Assembly: GCA_976551045.1 (NCBI GenBank)
Contig: CDPCPM010000037.1
Location: 22,506,001 to 22,570,000 of the forward strand
Origin: Glaucostegus cemiculus
Taxonomy: Eukaryota
DNA length: 64,000 bases
Direction: 5' to 3'
Positions 1-14,169 of this stretch are shown here, one piece after another. The notes beneath the pieces are model-generated. The model made no database searches. It had not been told where the DNA came from and was given only the letters and a program-made list of their open reading frames with translations. Numbering within the stretch: the stretch's first letter is position 1; each line of letters opens with the position of its first letter. A program made the position numbers and the translations under genes.

Positions 1-152
1 ATGCTTAAGACAAATGTAATGGTTTATAAATTCTGTCTTGCAGCACATTTCATGAGGGGGTGGGGTTACTCGCTGACCAACTGCCCCAGGTATAGCCAGC
101 ATGCACTGCTTCAGCAATTTTAACTGTCAGTGCATAGCACCATGTGGAAGTG

Positions 153-399
153 TGAGGTAATAGCGTAGCGGTTAGCATGACGCTGTTACAGTGCCAGTGA
201 TCAGGGTTCGATTCCCGTCGCTGACTGTAAGGAGTTTGTACGTTCTCCCGTGTCTGCGTGAGTTTCCTCCGGGTGCTCCGGTTTCCTTCCACATTCTAAA
301 GACGTACGGGTAGGTCAACTCGGGGGTTTAAAATGGGCGGCGCGGACTCGTTGGGCCAAAAGGGCCTGTTACTACGCTGTAAATAAAATATAAAAAAAA
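153..399 (+). mobile_element. tRNA-derived V-domain SINE (HE1-like), near full length, CR1-type tail
   Basis: A-box tagcgtagcgg, B-box ggttcgattcc, V-core ggagtttgtacgttctcccgtgtctgcgtgagtttcctccgggtgctccggtttcc, tail gggccaaaagggcctgtt plus A-rich end. Confidence 0.85.
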
Positions 400-766
400 T
401 AGTATTGGTAACAGTGCCAAAAGAAGAACGTAATGAAAGAAACTGGAGTCCTGCACTGGTGCATTGTGGACTTTTAAATGTTCCTGTGCTTTACTCACCT
501 ATGCAGTAAAGCTTCACTAAATGGCAAGAAGATTCATGCTCGATTGGAATGTGAGGCTGATGAAAGCAGCTATCCCATGTTGTATGAAAATCAGCTGTGT
601 GCTGTCTCCACAATACTCAGTCAGCCAACCACTTGTTTCTGTCTCCCCACTCTTCCTCAGACCTTCTCACCAGTTGATGTGGCATCAATACATACTTTTT
701 TCCTGAAATGTGCAACAGTTGGACTTCTAGTCTAAGCATTTATTTTCTTTTTACTAGTTGGTGTAG

Positions 767-925
<159 letters not shown>

Positions 926-3900
926 TAAACTCAAAACCAGGGGCTATTATTTGTTATGCCTGTAGGGAATTGTTAGATATACTGAACATGGATTGCGGAG
1001 AATGTTTTCAAATTCTGTCAATATGTTGGAGATTCTTCACAACACTGCCCTTGGGTCATGTCTGTAAACAAAAAAAAATAATGAGGAATATGCTGCAGAA
1101 AGTATCTTTTCTGTGCTATTTCTGTCAGTCAGGAATCAATAACAACGCCTACCACACTAGAAGTTCCATGAATCAAAGTATCCTTTTGGCTCAGTTTAAA
1201 ATACACCCAACAGATACTGCTCATGGAAATTTCAATACTTAGCATCAAAACATCTTGATCTGCCAAAGATTTTTGGTCAGAATGTTTTCCTCTGTTTTGG
1301 TCGCTGTCTCCATTTTGTTCCTATTCTCCCTGCCTCTGTCTGATCCCCTTGTGTCCTGGTCTCTCTGTCTCTCTTTCCCCCTCTTTCCCTTGACTGACTT
1401 GTAGATTACCAACCCATACATGTAAGCTTGTCTCTGCACAGGCAGATTGCATCAGCGTTTATAGTATTCTGTCACATTGATCCATGCTATTTTGCCTTGC
1501 CTGCATCTTGATCTATTATCTCCAATGACAATAACAAGGCCTGTAACTGTTCTTGTGATTTAATGTGCCCACAATGTGTCTATTTTCTCATCACAATCAG
1601 CCTTATCATTTCTTTCATGTGCCATATTCCTTCGTTAGGCTTTCTTTTAATCCAACAAGAGTCTCTTAACCCATAAGTTAAACCTTTCCCATTATCCTTC
1701 TTCAGATTCGAAGGTGCAATTTTCAACATCCCTGTACATATTGCTAGTTTTGGTGAGGAGAAATAAATCTGTAAACTTATTATCAATCAACATCCCAAGT
1801 CCAGGATTTTAGAATGGAGGTCACAAATTTCAAGCTTCATTCTTCAAATTAAATGGTGCAGATGTTCTCCATTAACTAGACACTTAGCTCTTTGTTAAAT
1901 TCTAAAACATTTATGTATAGGTGACTGTAACTGAAAATTCTGGCTCCATCATATGACATGCACTGATGGTTCTTGTGTACTTAAAAGTTCAGCAGTTGTT
2001 CCATTGGCTGTGTCTTGCTCTTTCAACAGAATCTTCAGGGGGGGGAAAAAAAATCCTTTTCTAGCTGCATAAACACAGCTTTGAGGACAGCAAAAACTCT
2101 GACGTGCTCTGCCCCATCTGAAACCAGTGTTTGCTTATTATTGGCTGTGTGTTGATAATGCCATCTCAGAATGTGTATGTTGGTAGTTTTCTACTTAGTT
2201 TGGTCTTTTGGTGATGTGTGGTCCCTGCCTCCTCCTCCTATTTTGACAGTGACCTTCAGCGTGATGAAGATAGTCTTCACTTTCCATCAAATGGGAGAAA
2301 GGTATTTTGTTTTCTGGAGTTTAGAAATAACTAGATTCTGACTTTTTGAAAATGGACTTGAGCTAAATTGCCAGATTATTTGACTGGTAATATTTTAAGG
2401 CTACCAAGCCTTCACTCCAGCTGCAGATTTAAAGATGTATAGTCAAAACAGTAATAAATATTCAATGTGGGAACATCGGCTCATCAAATGATACTGTGCA
2501 CAATTACCCCATTGTATCCTTGAAGTCACTGGGGACCCAACGCTTAGGATAAACTACAAAGATTTCTCACTTATTTACCTCTGTTTATTTGGGAAGCTGA
2601 ATTCCATGAAGCTTTCAAAAGAATTGCCTGTTTTCTACTGAGTATTTCTTAGAGCAGTCTTTCATGTTAATAGGACAATGCAAAAATATATTATTTCCCT
2701 TTCTGGGCTGATTTTTGTTTTGTTGTTCTATTGTAAATGTGGCAAAACTTTGAAGCACAATTTAGATGTTTGGAGATGACTCAAACCATAACCTTTTAAA
2801 AATGGATCTCTGATTATACGTTGTCGAATCTTTTGCCACCATTTTACCAGCCACTCCCTCAGCTCCTTTATAATGGTGCCTTGGATTATTTACGACATTA
2901 AAAGGCAATATATGAAAGTTATTACCCTGCTTTTATAGTCATACTGGGTTATTTTATTCAGCAAGCTGCTTGTAATGTTAAACTGCAAATTGATGAGTGA
3001 GTTATGAGACTGCAGAAAAACTGCATGATAAAGTCGCAGTTCAGGTTATCACTGAATATCGGAGGTGAACAACTTTTATTTTTCAGTGAAGGCCAAATTG
3101 ACAATCTGAATAATTACTACATTTGAGGGCCACTCATGTGAATGCATAAGTTGCAGAGGTCCTCACCAATCATTCCAATTTCACTCCGGCTTTGGTGAGG
3201 ATCTCTGCTGTGAATTCCCAGCAGTAAATCCATTGAACCTGTGCCAGATTAGACCTAGTGCAGGTTCAGTGGCTCCGTTCATTTCCACTTTAATTAGTCT
3301 GTGTCCCAATTACATTCCACCTTCCTTGATTCTTCTCTGTGTTGTTTGAAACATTCACATGTAAACTTTTACATTTGTGTTTTTAAATTTTTACAGTTTG
3401 AGTAAGCCCAGAACACAAGTGCTCTCGTTCCACATTGAAGAATGGGGTTTTCTTTTTGTACGTAGTTTATTCCCATTCTCAATTTTTTTTAGCCATTTTC
3501 TGTCTTACTAGTTCTTCTCCTACATTCAAAGGTGATACGAACACAAGTTACTGCTTTGCTTGTGTGACTGTAATAATGTAGTATCGTCTTTCCTTAGCAG
3601 ACACAAAACAATTTCTCTGAAATAATTGCATTGAATGTATTAAATTGTTAACTTAAACATGCTTTAAGTAGTTTATAGTGGTTTGTAGCCTGTGTATTTC
3701 TAATGTTTTTACTGCATTATTAATTTTAAGTAGTTTAAAATTTTTGAGTGTTTGTGCATTCTCATTCACAGATAGCTGGTACATATGGGGAGATGGCCTT
3801 GCCAGCTATCAAAACATTAATGGGGTGGGGCTTTTAGCTGGAAGGGCATAAGCTCCACAGTACTTTGCCAATCAAAATCAAGCCTCATGAATCCAATTAC

Positions 3901-4822
3901 TGCTTCAGGTAGGTGTGCGCAGAGAGGCAGTGAGCAAGTGCAGCTTGCTGGCAACCAAAGCGGGTGGCTAATTCCATCCCCCAGTTTAACGTTATGGGAT
4001 TTAATTTGACAGGCTCTCTGATGATTAAGGCACACGTGAGGATAGAAATTTGAACACATTCCACAAACTGGCTTTCATTTTAAATACATAATTTCTTGAT
4101 GACATTCAAGTAGCCTTCCCACACAAATAAGTCAACACAAATGCTGCCTTGCACTGTCATGATCATTGCAGTGAGAGTCTGTACTGTGCTAAACCACAGA
4201 TTTGAAATGTTATGTGAACAAGGATGTTTACTCGTCTTGTTTTGTATTTGCAGCTCCTCCACTAAAGGGAATTTTTCTCTTTTTAATCTTGCTGAGATGA
4301 TCCCCAAGCTTCCCTGCCCTCTACAGTCTATTTATTCTGTGTGTGGAACAGGAGCTCCTGGATGCTCAGTTATCATCAGTACAGATGTTTGACTCCTTGG
4401 AAGAACTTAGTTGATTTTAGTTTCTACCCGTGTGTCATGATCATTGGCAGAATGCTTGTAACCTTTTTAACACAAATAAAAGATGTGCAATGATTCATAT
4501 CTTCTAAAAAAAGATGTGGATAATTATAAACTTTTGATAATAAAGCAATTCATAAAACATTGATTTACAATGTAAATAAAGGATCCTTAACCAAGAAATC
4601 CTAATTAGAGTTTATTTGTAGTTTCTGGAGCTCTTCCTTGTAGGTGACAGTACTGAATAACTATACAGTCATTCCCAAGATCTGTGAGGTTTGTTATCAA
4701 GATTCTTGTTGAAAAGCACTTGGAGATGTTTGCTTTCCAGGTTAAAGATGCCATATAAATGCATATTGTCATCACAGCTTTGCTTTGTCAGCTGTAATGT
4801 GTTTTGTAAATTTCCTTGTTGA

Positions 4823-5059
<237 letters not shown>

Positions 5060-5212
5060 TGAATAATTAGCTCGCTTAGTAGTATCTGGTGCAGTGAAGA
5101 TCTTGAATTGAACCTGCACCATAAAACAAAAATTCTGTCTAGTGAGGGCTATCAAAAACTTTTGTCCAGAAGAAAGCATTAGCTCCCAGTACTGCTGCCA
5201 CCTCTTGCACTT

Positions 5213-5397
5213 AAATTTTTTAAATTTTAAATTAAATTTTATTTACAGCGCAGTAACAGGCCCTTTCGGCCCAGCGAGTCTGTGCCGCCCATTTTAACCC
5301 CCCAAATTAACCTACCCATACGTCTTTCAGAATGTGGGAGGAAACCGGAGCACCCGGAGGAAACCCACACAGACACGGGAGAATGTACAAACTCCTT
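5213..5397 (-). mobile_element. 5'-truncated copy of the same V-SINE
   Basis: Reverse complement closely matches about 228-399. Confidence 0.85.
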
Positions 5398-8300
5398 GTC
5401 TGTGTAAAGTGTTTTGTGGTGAATAACTAAAGTGGCCAAAGTAAAGACATTTCAGTTTGAGTCACTGAGCTCTTCTGTATTTTGGTGTACTATTACATAA
5501 CTGGTTAAAGCTCTGGTTTTTCCTTTAAAGATGTTCCCTGTTATTTTAGTGACACTGATCAAAAGTTTTTGGTGGTAAGTGAAAGGATATCCAGGTAAGT
5601 TGAGATGATAATGCGGCAAGTTTGTTCAAGTGCCTTTGGGTTTTGCATATTTCTAGAATTGTATCCAGGCAAAATTGAAGAAGCAAGTTCAGTATTTACA
5701 ACTACAGAAACTATAGAAGGCATTAAGAGCTGATCAGCTATGAACAAGCATTTCTTTCAATGTTTTGTACAATAGATGATCTGAATAATACATTGGAGCC
5801 CAGTAATTGGACAAGTTTGAAGGCACCATAGCACAACCTTTGTCCTGTAGATTCGAAATTAATAGAGGAACAACTTGATATCCAGAAAACTTGGTTGATG
5901 TGATCACTAACTGAAGGTTCTCCCCTTAGTAGGACAAGTGCGAGTCCACTCCATCCACTCCTGTGGTGCAGAGACTCCATTACAACTATTGTATGCTTTG
6001 GGTCAAATGTAATTTTGCAAATAAATAATTAAGTGACTTGTCATAACATGTATGAAGTCTGCCACTAACTGTATAGCTCTTTTGTTTCTGTCAAAAAAGT
6101 GCAATTAGTAATAGAGTTGTGTTATTACATATCCTTCAAACCACAGGATCTGTAATCGAAAATAACTTTCATGTTTACAAACCTCAAATAGATTAAAAAC
6201 ATTTCTTCAAAAACATATGAAGGATCAGTATTTGGCAGAATGTGGCTAAGGTACTATTCTATTAATTGTACATGCTTGTAAATATTGTGTGGATTCACAA
6301 TATGAAGGAATGTTGCAGTGTCTGTAGCCCATTGCTCCTGCTCTCTCAGTTGGTGGTAAAGTATTCCCTCTGCTAATTCCATTGTTTCCTGTGCTTGGAT
6401 TGCGAACTTTCATGCAATGAAAGAGGCCACTAATCCCAAAGTACCTGCAACAGTTTTTTATCAGGGGAGATGGGGAAGAAATTGTCCACAATCCTATTTC
6501 TTCATCCCCATTTGATTAATTACTATTTTCACTCACCTATCCCCTTCCATTTTAATGCATTCTTCTCCTATTGTTATTTCTGAGATATAACAGACCACAG
6601 AATTATCTCAGGTTGGAGTAACTAATTTTGCTGTACAGTAGCAGGTCTGTTTTTCTTTTTCTTCTGAAATTTAGTTCCATTGCAGTCAACCTATTACATG
6701 AAATTTCACTGGACTTCCCTGCTTTATTCATCAGGTGGGGACTTTCAACTTTATTCATTATTAACTGGTGGAAGGTTTATGTTTTCAAAATCACTTTAAA
6801 TTTTGAGTATATTACATTTCACAGAACACTCTGCAATAACCATTTGTGTAAAGTATCACTTTTTAAAGCAGAGGTGACCAATATCAGGGAGCTGTGTTTG
6901 AGGGAAGATTATAGAGGAAAGCATTAATTACACAAGCTCCACCTGCAACCCATTCATTAATGGTCTGGTATCCAAGCACAGCATTCTCATTAAAATGGTC
7001 TTATTTTCCACAGCCTACTTTACATTTAATGTAGAATTACTAGTCTGGTAGTCAAAAACCCTTGTTTTGTCCGATGAGATAAGAGTATAGCACAGAGACC
7101 TCCCAGATTCTGAAAACTGGACAGAGTATGAAGTCAAACTGCTTGAGGCAAGGTGCATTTGTTCACCAGTCTTGAAATGGTTTTCAAAGAGCATTTTGTA
7201 ACAAAGTGGTACAAAATATTTAACTGCTATGTTTAAGCGGTGGAGACACTGGGAGAATCCATATCCAACATATTCACTATGGCTTAAATTGATAAGTCAA
7301 AAAAGATGCATAAATCATTTCAGACTGCAAGGAGATAGGCTCTAGCAATTTTGCAAACAGAGTTAAGGAGTAGTGGCTTTTTTCACTTGGAGAAAGTGAA
7401 GACGTGGCTTGATAGAAACTTTCAAAGTTGTAGATATTTTAACAGGTTTAAAAAATATTTGTTTAAAAATGAGGAACTGACAGGAATATAAATTTGTGAT
7501 GAATCCAAAAATATTTCAGATAATGTCTAAAACTAAAATTATTTGTAAAGGAATGGTTGGGTCATGGAATTTACTCCCATTATTGTTGAAGGTGACTGCA
7601 CATTAGGAGATGAATGGTCATTGAAAAAAGACGAAATAACAAAACAACAGGAATGAGGAGAGAGAGGTTCCTTAGGCAATGCTGCAAATCTAATGGATCA
7701 AGTAGTCTGATTCTACATTATAACATTTTATCTCTGAATCAGCTTGATGGAACTGACCATTGTCCTTTGTGAAAAGATGCAATTACCTGTTTTTAGTTAT
7801 TCAACAAATAAAATGCTGATTGCAGTTACATTTCAATGGTAAATCCATGTAAATTTGGTTGATGATAACTGAATGTTTAACTTGAACACAAAATTTTGTA
7901 TCCTTATTCAATCATCAGTAAGGGACTATGACTGTAGCAGTAATCTGAAAATAAGTTTGATGCGCATAATTGAATCTGATGTGAAAGCAGGGAATACTAG
8001 GTGAGAAATCTCTTGAAGCTGGAGCACCTAGTGCCGGGGGGAGTGCAGGGGGCATACAGAGCCTTCTGAAAATTGACTGTGTCTCAGCAACATAAAACTG
8101 GCAAACTGTGGAAGCTAGCTACGTTGGCATGGTGATTTATTATTAAACCATTAATCCACTAATATTCTGGAGATTTGAATTTAAATCCCGCCATGACAGC
8201 TGGGAAATTAAATTCAGTTAATTAAATAAATCAAGAATAAAAAGCTAGTGTCAGCAACGATGACCGTGAAGCTACTTAATTGTCACTTTAAAAAGAAAGC

Positions 8301-8429
8301 CCCATCTGGTTCACTGAGGAAATCTACTGTTGTGGCCAATTACATCTTCAGTCTCACAACAATATGGTTAATGCAGAACAGCCTTCTGATACAGCAAGGC
8401 AAGCCAAGCCGCTTCATTCAGAGACGATT

Positions 8430-9200
8430 TGAAAATAAAAAAAACAGCAGCTACTGGAAATCTGAAATAAAACCAAAAAATGCTGGAAACACTCAGCCAA
8501 GTTCTCGGCATCTAAGGAAAAGAAACAGTAAATGTTTCAGTTGAAAACCCTTCCTCAGAACCAGGAAAGTAAGAAAACAAGATAGATGGTGGGGAATAAA
8601 TAACTAGGACAAAGGGAATATCTCTAATAGGACGATGGCAGGGTTGCCAAGTCTGTTGATGGAGCTGTCTGGTTGACAGGTTAATGAGGGAAGTTAGAAA
8701 GAGAGAGAAGGGTTATGTAAAGCTGTGAAATGCAGGTCAGAGCTATGTTAAACTTGAAAGCAAAAGTAGAATGCTGAAAATACCAAGTACAGTGGGCAAT
8801 GTTTCTGGAGAGGTGGAGTGGGCAGGGGGAACTAGTTTCTGTTTCAAATAATTATCACTTCAGCAGAATTGGCCAGTTTAAAAACTAAAACAAAAAAATA
8901 TATAAACAGAAGTGAGTTACCTAAAACTGTTGAAATTAATATTGAGACTTGAAGGATACAATGTGTCCGGGCAGTCATGAAGTGCTGTTCCTCAAGTCTA
9001 TGTTAAGCCTTATTGGAACATTGTCTGAGGTCATCATTTAGAAAGGGATGGCGAATTGAGGTGTCTGGCGACTGAAAGCCTTGGGTCACCTCTGCAGACT
9101 AAATTGAGGTGCACCACAAAGTGGTCACCCAAACTGAATTTTGTTTCCTCCAATATGGAAAAGACTGCATTCCATACATGACATTGGAAGAAGTGCAAGC
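8430..9200 (-). mobile_element. Penelope-like element fragment (GIY-YIG C-terminus plus terminal repeat)
   Basis: Minus strand 8915-9025 reads QCSNKA*HRLEEQHF.../DTLYPSSLNINFNSFR*, like the PLE endonuclease end 'RKLEEQHLIFRLGxLxPxGxNxxF'; 8440-8560 is the terminal motif shared with other copies. Confidence 0.65.
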
Positions 9201-9896
9201 AAATCACTGGTGAGGTTATTTGAGATTGGCAATTAAATGCTAGTCTTGCCAGTGATACCCATCTCCTCTGCAAGGGGGTAAAAAAAAGACAAGATTGTCC
9301 GTTCCAAGGCAACCAGCACCACTGAGAACTTTGTCTTAGTGCTGACCTGGGGGTAGCTGATGGGTAAGGCTGGATTTGGAGGGGAAGGGAATCAGAATTA
9401 GTCCAAGAGGAGGGAATTGGAAGAATGTCGGGATTTGCAGTGGTGAACTGGGGGATTCCAGAGTGAGGTAGATCTGAGGAAAAGCAAAGGCCACAGAAAG
9501 CCACAGCAATGTGAAGCTGGGAAGTAAGTAGACTAACTGTCAACTTTCATTTTTGATGTCATCTCCAATCAGCTCTAAGGATGACCTAGATCTGGGAAAA
9601 ATAAACAGAACACATGCTGTAGGTACACCACCCAATTTTCACTGTTGGGATGTTGAGTCTGAGTTGGGCAGGTGTGCTGAACATCTGGAACGTGGTACAC
9701 TTTTACGAGTACCCAAAAATGGTTTCCCCAGCTCAAGTGTTTGCTGATAAGTAGTGCAAAGAACAATACTTTCTTCCCCCCACCCCCACCCCAGTCTGTT
9801 TGCAGGAATATGCCTTTCCCTTGTATCAAACTGCTTGTTGTAAATTTTTTTTTGAGTATAATGAGCATATTTTACGTCAGGTATTCTGACTTGCAG

Positions 9897-10081
9897 AGTT
9901 TTTCCGTCCAGCTTCAGTTGGGGAGAACCATGATGCCCTTTTGAAGGAATCGATGAAGGATGCAAGCGAAACTTCGAGAACAGAAACACCGGACACAACG
10001 CAGTCAGACAGCAAGAAATCCTCCCAGAAATCAGAAAAAACAGATGAAGTAACAACGCCAACAAAAATAAAAGAAATGAAG
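9897..10081 (+). CDS. EPB41L1: EPB41L1 coding exon (EFFRPASVGENHDA...EVTTPTKIKEMK)
   Basis: ttgcag/gtacat; 185 nt (phase 1 to phase 0); both ends match 4.1N 'EFSRPASVSENHDA' and 'TPTKIKELK'. Confidence 0.92.
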
Positions 10082-10989
10082 GTACATCAGTGTTGAAGTT
10101 TTAAGATTCCAATGCAGATAATTTATTTTTTTGGCTCTTAATCAATAGTCCAAGAGAGTGAGTTCTAACCTAGAAGGGTAATGTGTTTCTTCAAACAAAT
10201 ATTCTGTCCTTCTCCATGTCCAAGTCAGCATAATTGAAGATGTGGAATGGCACACTGTTGCTGAGATATTCCTCTCTGGTCAGTAATGCTGAATGCTGTC
10301 TGCAAATCAATTCACACTGGGACTAAAATTCAATTGATTCTATTGAGATAAAGCATCTTTGGAATGGATTAGAAATAAGTGCCCACCTCAGAGTTGCTTA
10401 AATACAATTTAAGGGGCTCACGATGGAAGAGGCTCACTGTGCAGATGCTTGAAAAAGGAGTTGGTCAGTCATATTGATAGAAATGTGTCTTTTCCCAAAT
10501 TGGGATTAAGGAGCAGCATTGGGGCATAGCAGTGGTAAGTTTTGTCTCTACGCCACTGAAATTGACACTGACAATGGTAGGTAAAGTACAGCCAATAATG
10601 GGGAAAACATTAAGAAGCCAAAGGATTGGGAGACAGTAGAGTGAAAGCATTTGGCAGTCCAGCATTGAGTTGGAGAAGACCCTGAGTCGGAAGAGTCACA
10701 GAGGACACCGCAGAGAGAGAAATGGAAATGTACTTGGGGTTAGATGTGGAATGTGTCCAGCTAGGCTGACAGTTGCCTGCTGTTGTAGAAAATGGTGAGC
10801 CACTGCGGCTATCATTGCTCTGTATGTATTATTGTGAACACATACGGTATTGAGGTTACTGTGGAGTCTCACTGGTACAGTGATCGATACTTCTCCACAA
10901 GTCAACATCAGCTCTTATCGTATGCTGGGCATGTTATTTAGTGGCAGATGGCGTGGTTGCTGAATCAGGAAAAGGAATGGAATTGCAAT

Positions 10990-11290
10990 TAGACATCACT
11001 TCTCACAACCTTGGGAAGTTGCAAACCAGCTACAGCTGATTAAGTACTTTTTGAAGCATGATCACTGTTACGGCGTCAGAAAGCAGCTGATGTGTAGACA
11101 CACACAGTGAGATTTATGATCAGATGATCTGTGGAATGATGTTGGTTGAGGAACAAATCTAATATTTGCTCTTCATCAAATGGCACAGTGGGATCTTTGT
11201 ATTCATTCCTGAGGACAGATGAGGTCTTGTTTTCATGTCTGGTTTAAAAGGTTTCCCCAATAGGACTGCATGTCCTCAGCAGAGTATTGA
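10990..11290 (-). mobile_element. Degenerate Deu-domain SINE (SacSINE1/AmnSINE-like)
   Basis: aagtactttttgaagcatgatcactgtt...gatgttggttgagg...gtgggatcttt resembles the reverse of Deu-SINE core and tail as recalled; related tails at about 27345-27420, 30500-30620 and 43485-43570. Confidence 0.45.
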
Positions 11291-12459
11291 AATAGAAGTG
11301 TGACAAATGTAATTGAATGTCTGGCATGGTGCTAACCAAGATTGGTGGTGCAAATCTTCATCAAGGATAGTGCTACTGCTGTATAAACTTCCAATGAGCC
11401 TGTAATTGCATTCCTCAATGGTGGAAGATAGGTTTTCAGTGATGTTATGATCCATTCCATTGCTTAGTATTGGTGACCTCTGCTTAATTACCAAATTCAT
11501 TGATCTATCTTTTGAAGTCTCTCATCTGTTTGTGAAATAAGCCATCCAGAGTTATTGCCAAGGACCACCTTGATCCAATGATACTCTGGGCACAGTCAGA
11601 AAGTTGCTGTTCCTGGCTTTTGCGCTGTTGCCAAGACATGAATTACTGATTTCACAGGAGGGAGTGCAGACTTGTTTTTCTTTTTCCCCTTACTAATTAT
11701 TTGTTGCATTTTAGCCATATGTGAGCTCTTCAGAAGCAACCTTGCAAATCATTGCTTTTCAATGAATGATAGCATAAAACTGAAGGGAAAAAGGGACTAC
11801 TGTATTATAATAAGGAAAAAAGTTCTACACTTGTGTTTCTTTCTTTTCACAAGGACTGAAAAGAGCTGCCTATTACTGTTTTTTCTGGCTGAAGTTTAAA
11901 TACATTTTCTAGGAAAGAGAAGTAAAATACCACTGTGTATGGCATTTTCTAGATGTGTATTTGGGACTTGATTGTTCATGTATTATATTTAATTTGAAGA
12001 GTATCAGTTTGTTTTTACATTTATGATTACATCGGCTGGCATCTTTTGTTTTGGATTTGCAGACAGGGTCTGAACTGGAAATATGAATATTTAACACCCA
12101 TGTTCCGTTTCAAAACTTTGCAGTCTCCAGAACTTTTAAACAGGCAAGAATCTGAAGACCTTTGTCCTTGTCTGAACATCTTATTTGGTTATTAGTTTTA
12201 TTTAGTGGCAGAAAGCACCATCTGATTCTTTGATGCTTGACATAAAGCCAAGATGGAACATACATTGCACAATTCAGATAATTGCTGATTTTGCTTTTGA
12301 CCTGTAAACAATTTTCACATTTTCTGCCAACCCAGTGAACTAGTTGTTATGAGTAAATTTACTATAAAATGACATTGAAAATGGATTACCACAGTTCATT
12401 CCAAAGAACAAGGAAAGGGCATATCCAAATTTATTTCATCGTAATATGGACTTGTGTTA

Positions 12460-12600
12460 GACACGAGAGATTGCAGATGCTGGAAATCTGGAGCAACACA
12501 CATGAAATACAGGAGGAACTCAGCAGGTCCAGTAGCCTCTGTGGCAGGAAGTAAACAGTCGATATTTTGGACCTCGGCTGAGTTCCTCCAGTATTTCATG
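12460..12600. mobile_element. Short fold-back derivative of the Penelope-like terminal repeat
   Basis: catgaaatacaggaggaactcagc (12501-12524) and gctgagttcctccagtatttcatg (12577-12600) form a 23/24 inverted repeat. Confidence 0.7.
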
Positions 12601-13311
12601 AACTTACTGTATGTTAGGTATCTTGGCATAGAAGATATTTCCACATTATTGTGACAGAACACAATCAGTCTGACTGTGTTCTCAGTGAGGCTTAGAATCA
12701 AGACAAGTCCCTTTCCCTAGAGGAAAAACAGAGGAAATGTGGAAGAGAATGATTAACAAGAAAAGATATTTTCTCATGCCAATGAATAAAACACCTGCTA
12801 TGTTTATTGCAAACAAGTACATTTACACCTGAATTAAACCAATTGCATTCAAGAAATATGGAACCAATTTGTGGTCATTCCCAATGATCTTGAATCAGCC
12901 AAACTATTCAATGGATTTAGAATGCATCGTTGATGCAAAGTGCACTATTGGTGCAAAAGCAAACTAACCCCAGAGCCTGAGGAAAATACTGACATCGACT
13001 GAAGCAGCATGAGACTCCCTGAAGGGGCAAGTCCGACTTACCTCAGTGATAAGTCAGACCTTATCTCCAGGTTTTCCCTATACAAATTTACTATTAATAT
13101 GAAACAGAAATTGCTTTGAAACAATGCTAAGCGTGTAGTCTAAATGCACCTTTTATTGATTTAATCTATTTTCTGTTGGGCAAGTTTATTTGTTTCAAGC
13201 ATTGATTTTTCACATAGCCAAGCCTGATTTCATTCTTCACATGAAGGTCAATAGATTAAGATCTTGTTTTGGATTTAATTGATTTGATTTCTTTTAAAAT
13301 TTTGCTGTCAG

Positions 13312-13347
13312 ACGGAACGTGAAGATGAGCCGAAACTTAGGCAAGAG
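13312..13347 (+). CDS. EPB41L1: EPB41L1 36-nt mini-exon (TEREDEPKLRQE)
   Basis: gtcag/gtagtg; 12 codons, phase 0-0; same length and position as the 4.1N 'PEQETTPRHKQE' segment before the SAB region. Confidence 0.75.
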
Positions 13348-14169
13348 GTAGTGTACAGACCACTGTGGACTGGTTTTTGCTGTAGTTTATGTGAAACATT
13401 TTCATATCTGTTTTCAAAAAAACATGCTCAGCTTAGAAGATAACTGGTATCTATTTATTTTGAATGGAAATTCATTCATCAAACTAATTATAGATATAAC
13501 ATCCAGTAGATCCAACTTGTTTATCCTTCAAGATTTATCACCTACAAAATCCAAGATATTTACTACTCCCTTTGAAACACTAATTTGTAACTCAAAACTG
13601 GAAATTCATGCTGTTTGAGATATTAAAATACTGAGCTTTTTCCTTGTTACAGAATAGTGGGTGATAATTTTCTGAATCATAGTTTTTTCATTGTTGTCAG
13701 TACACTACTTATACGCTAATATACATTTCATAAGTGGCTGTGCTGCTGTAAAAACCTGCTGAGGCTTCACTCTGGAAGATAACCAAGTCTTAACCATTCA
13801 CCAGATGTTGAAGTTGTTTGATCACCAAATGCATTACATTGCAGTGTAGCACTCTGTGCTGTTTACTTGCTTGCTGCATACAAAGTTGCTAGCCATTTGA
13901 TTTTGTGTGTGTTTGTTGATCTTCCATTGTATGATTGTATTTATCAGCATTAGAAACATAACTTCCAATTAGATGCAACGCTAGTTTCACTAGATGCAGT
14001 AACTCATTGTTGACCGTAATAATGTTTTCTTGTTCATTAAGGAAGGGGCAAGTACAACTAATAGAAATATAATTTAGTATGATGGAAGCCGCCTTTACAG
14101 TTGGGTTAGAGTATATTGTCTGTGGTGCTAGGTAGCTATGATTACTGCTAAATCTATAATGTTTGACGT

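Noticed and set aside
153-225. tRNA gene
   Set aside because: A and B boxes are present but run directly into a SINE core and tail; no complete cloverleaf.
12974-13040. Extra EPB41L1 exon after actaaccccag
   Set aside because: No pyrimidine tract, in-frame TGA in the required phase, and no clear donor.
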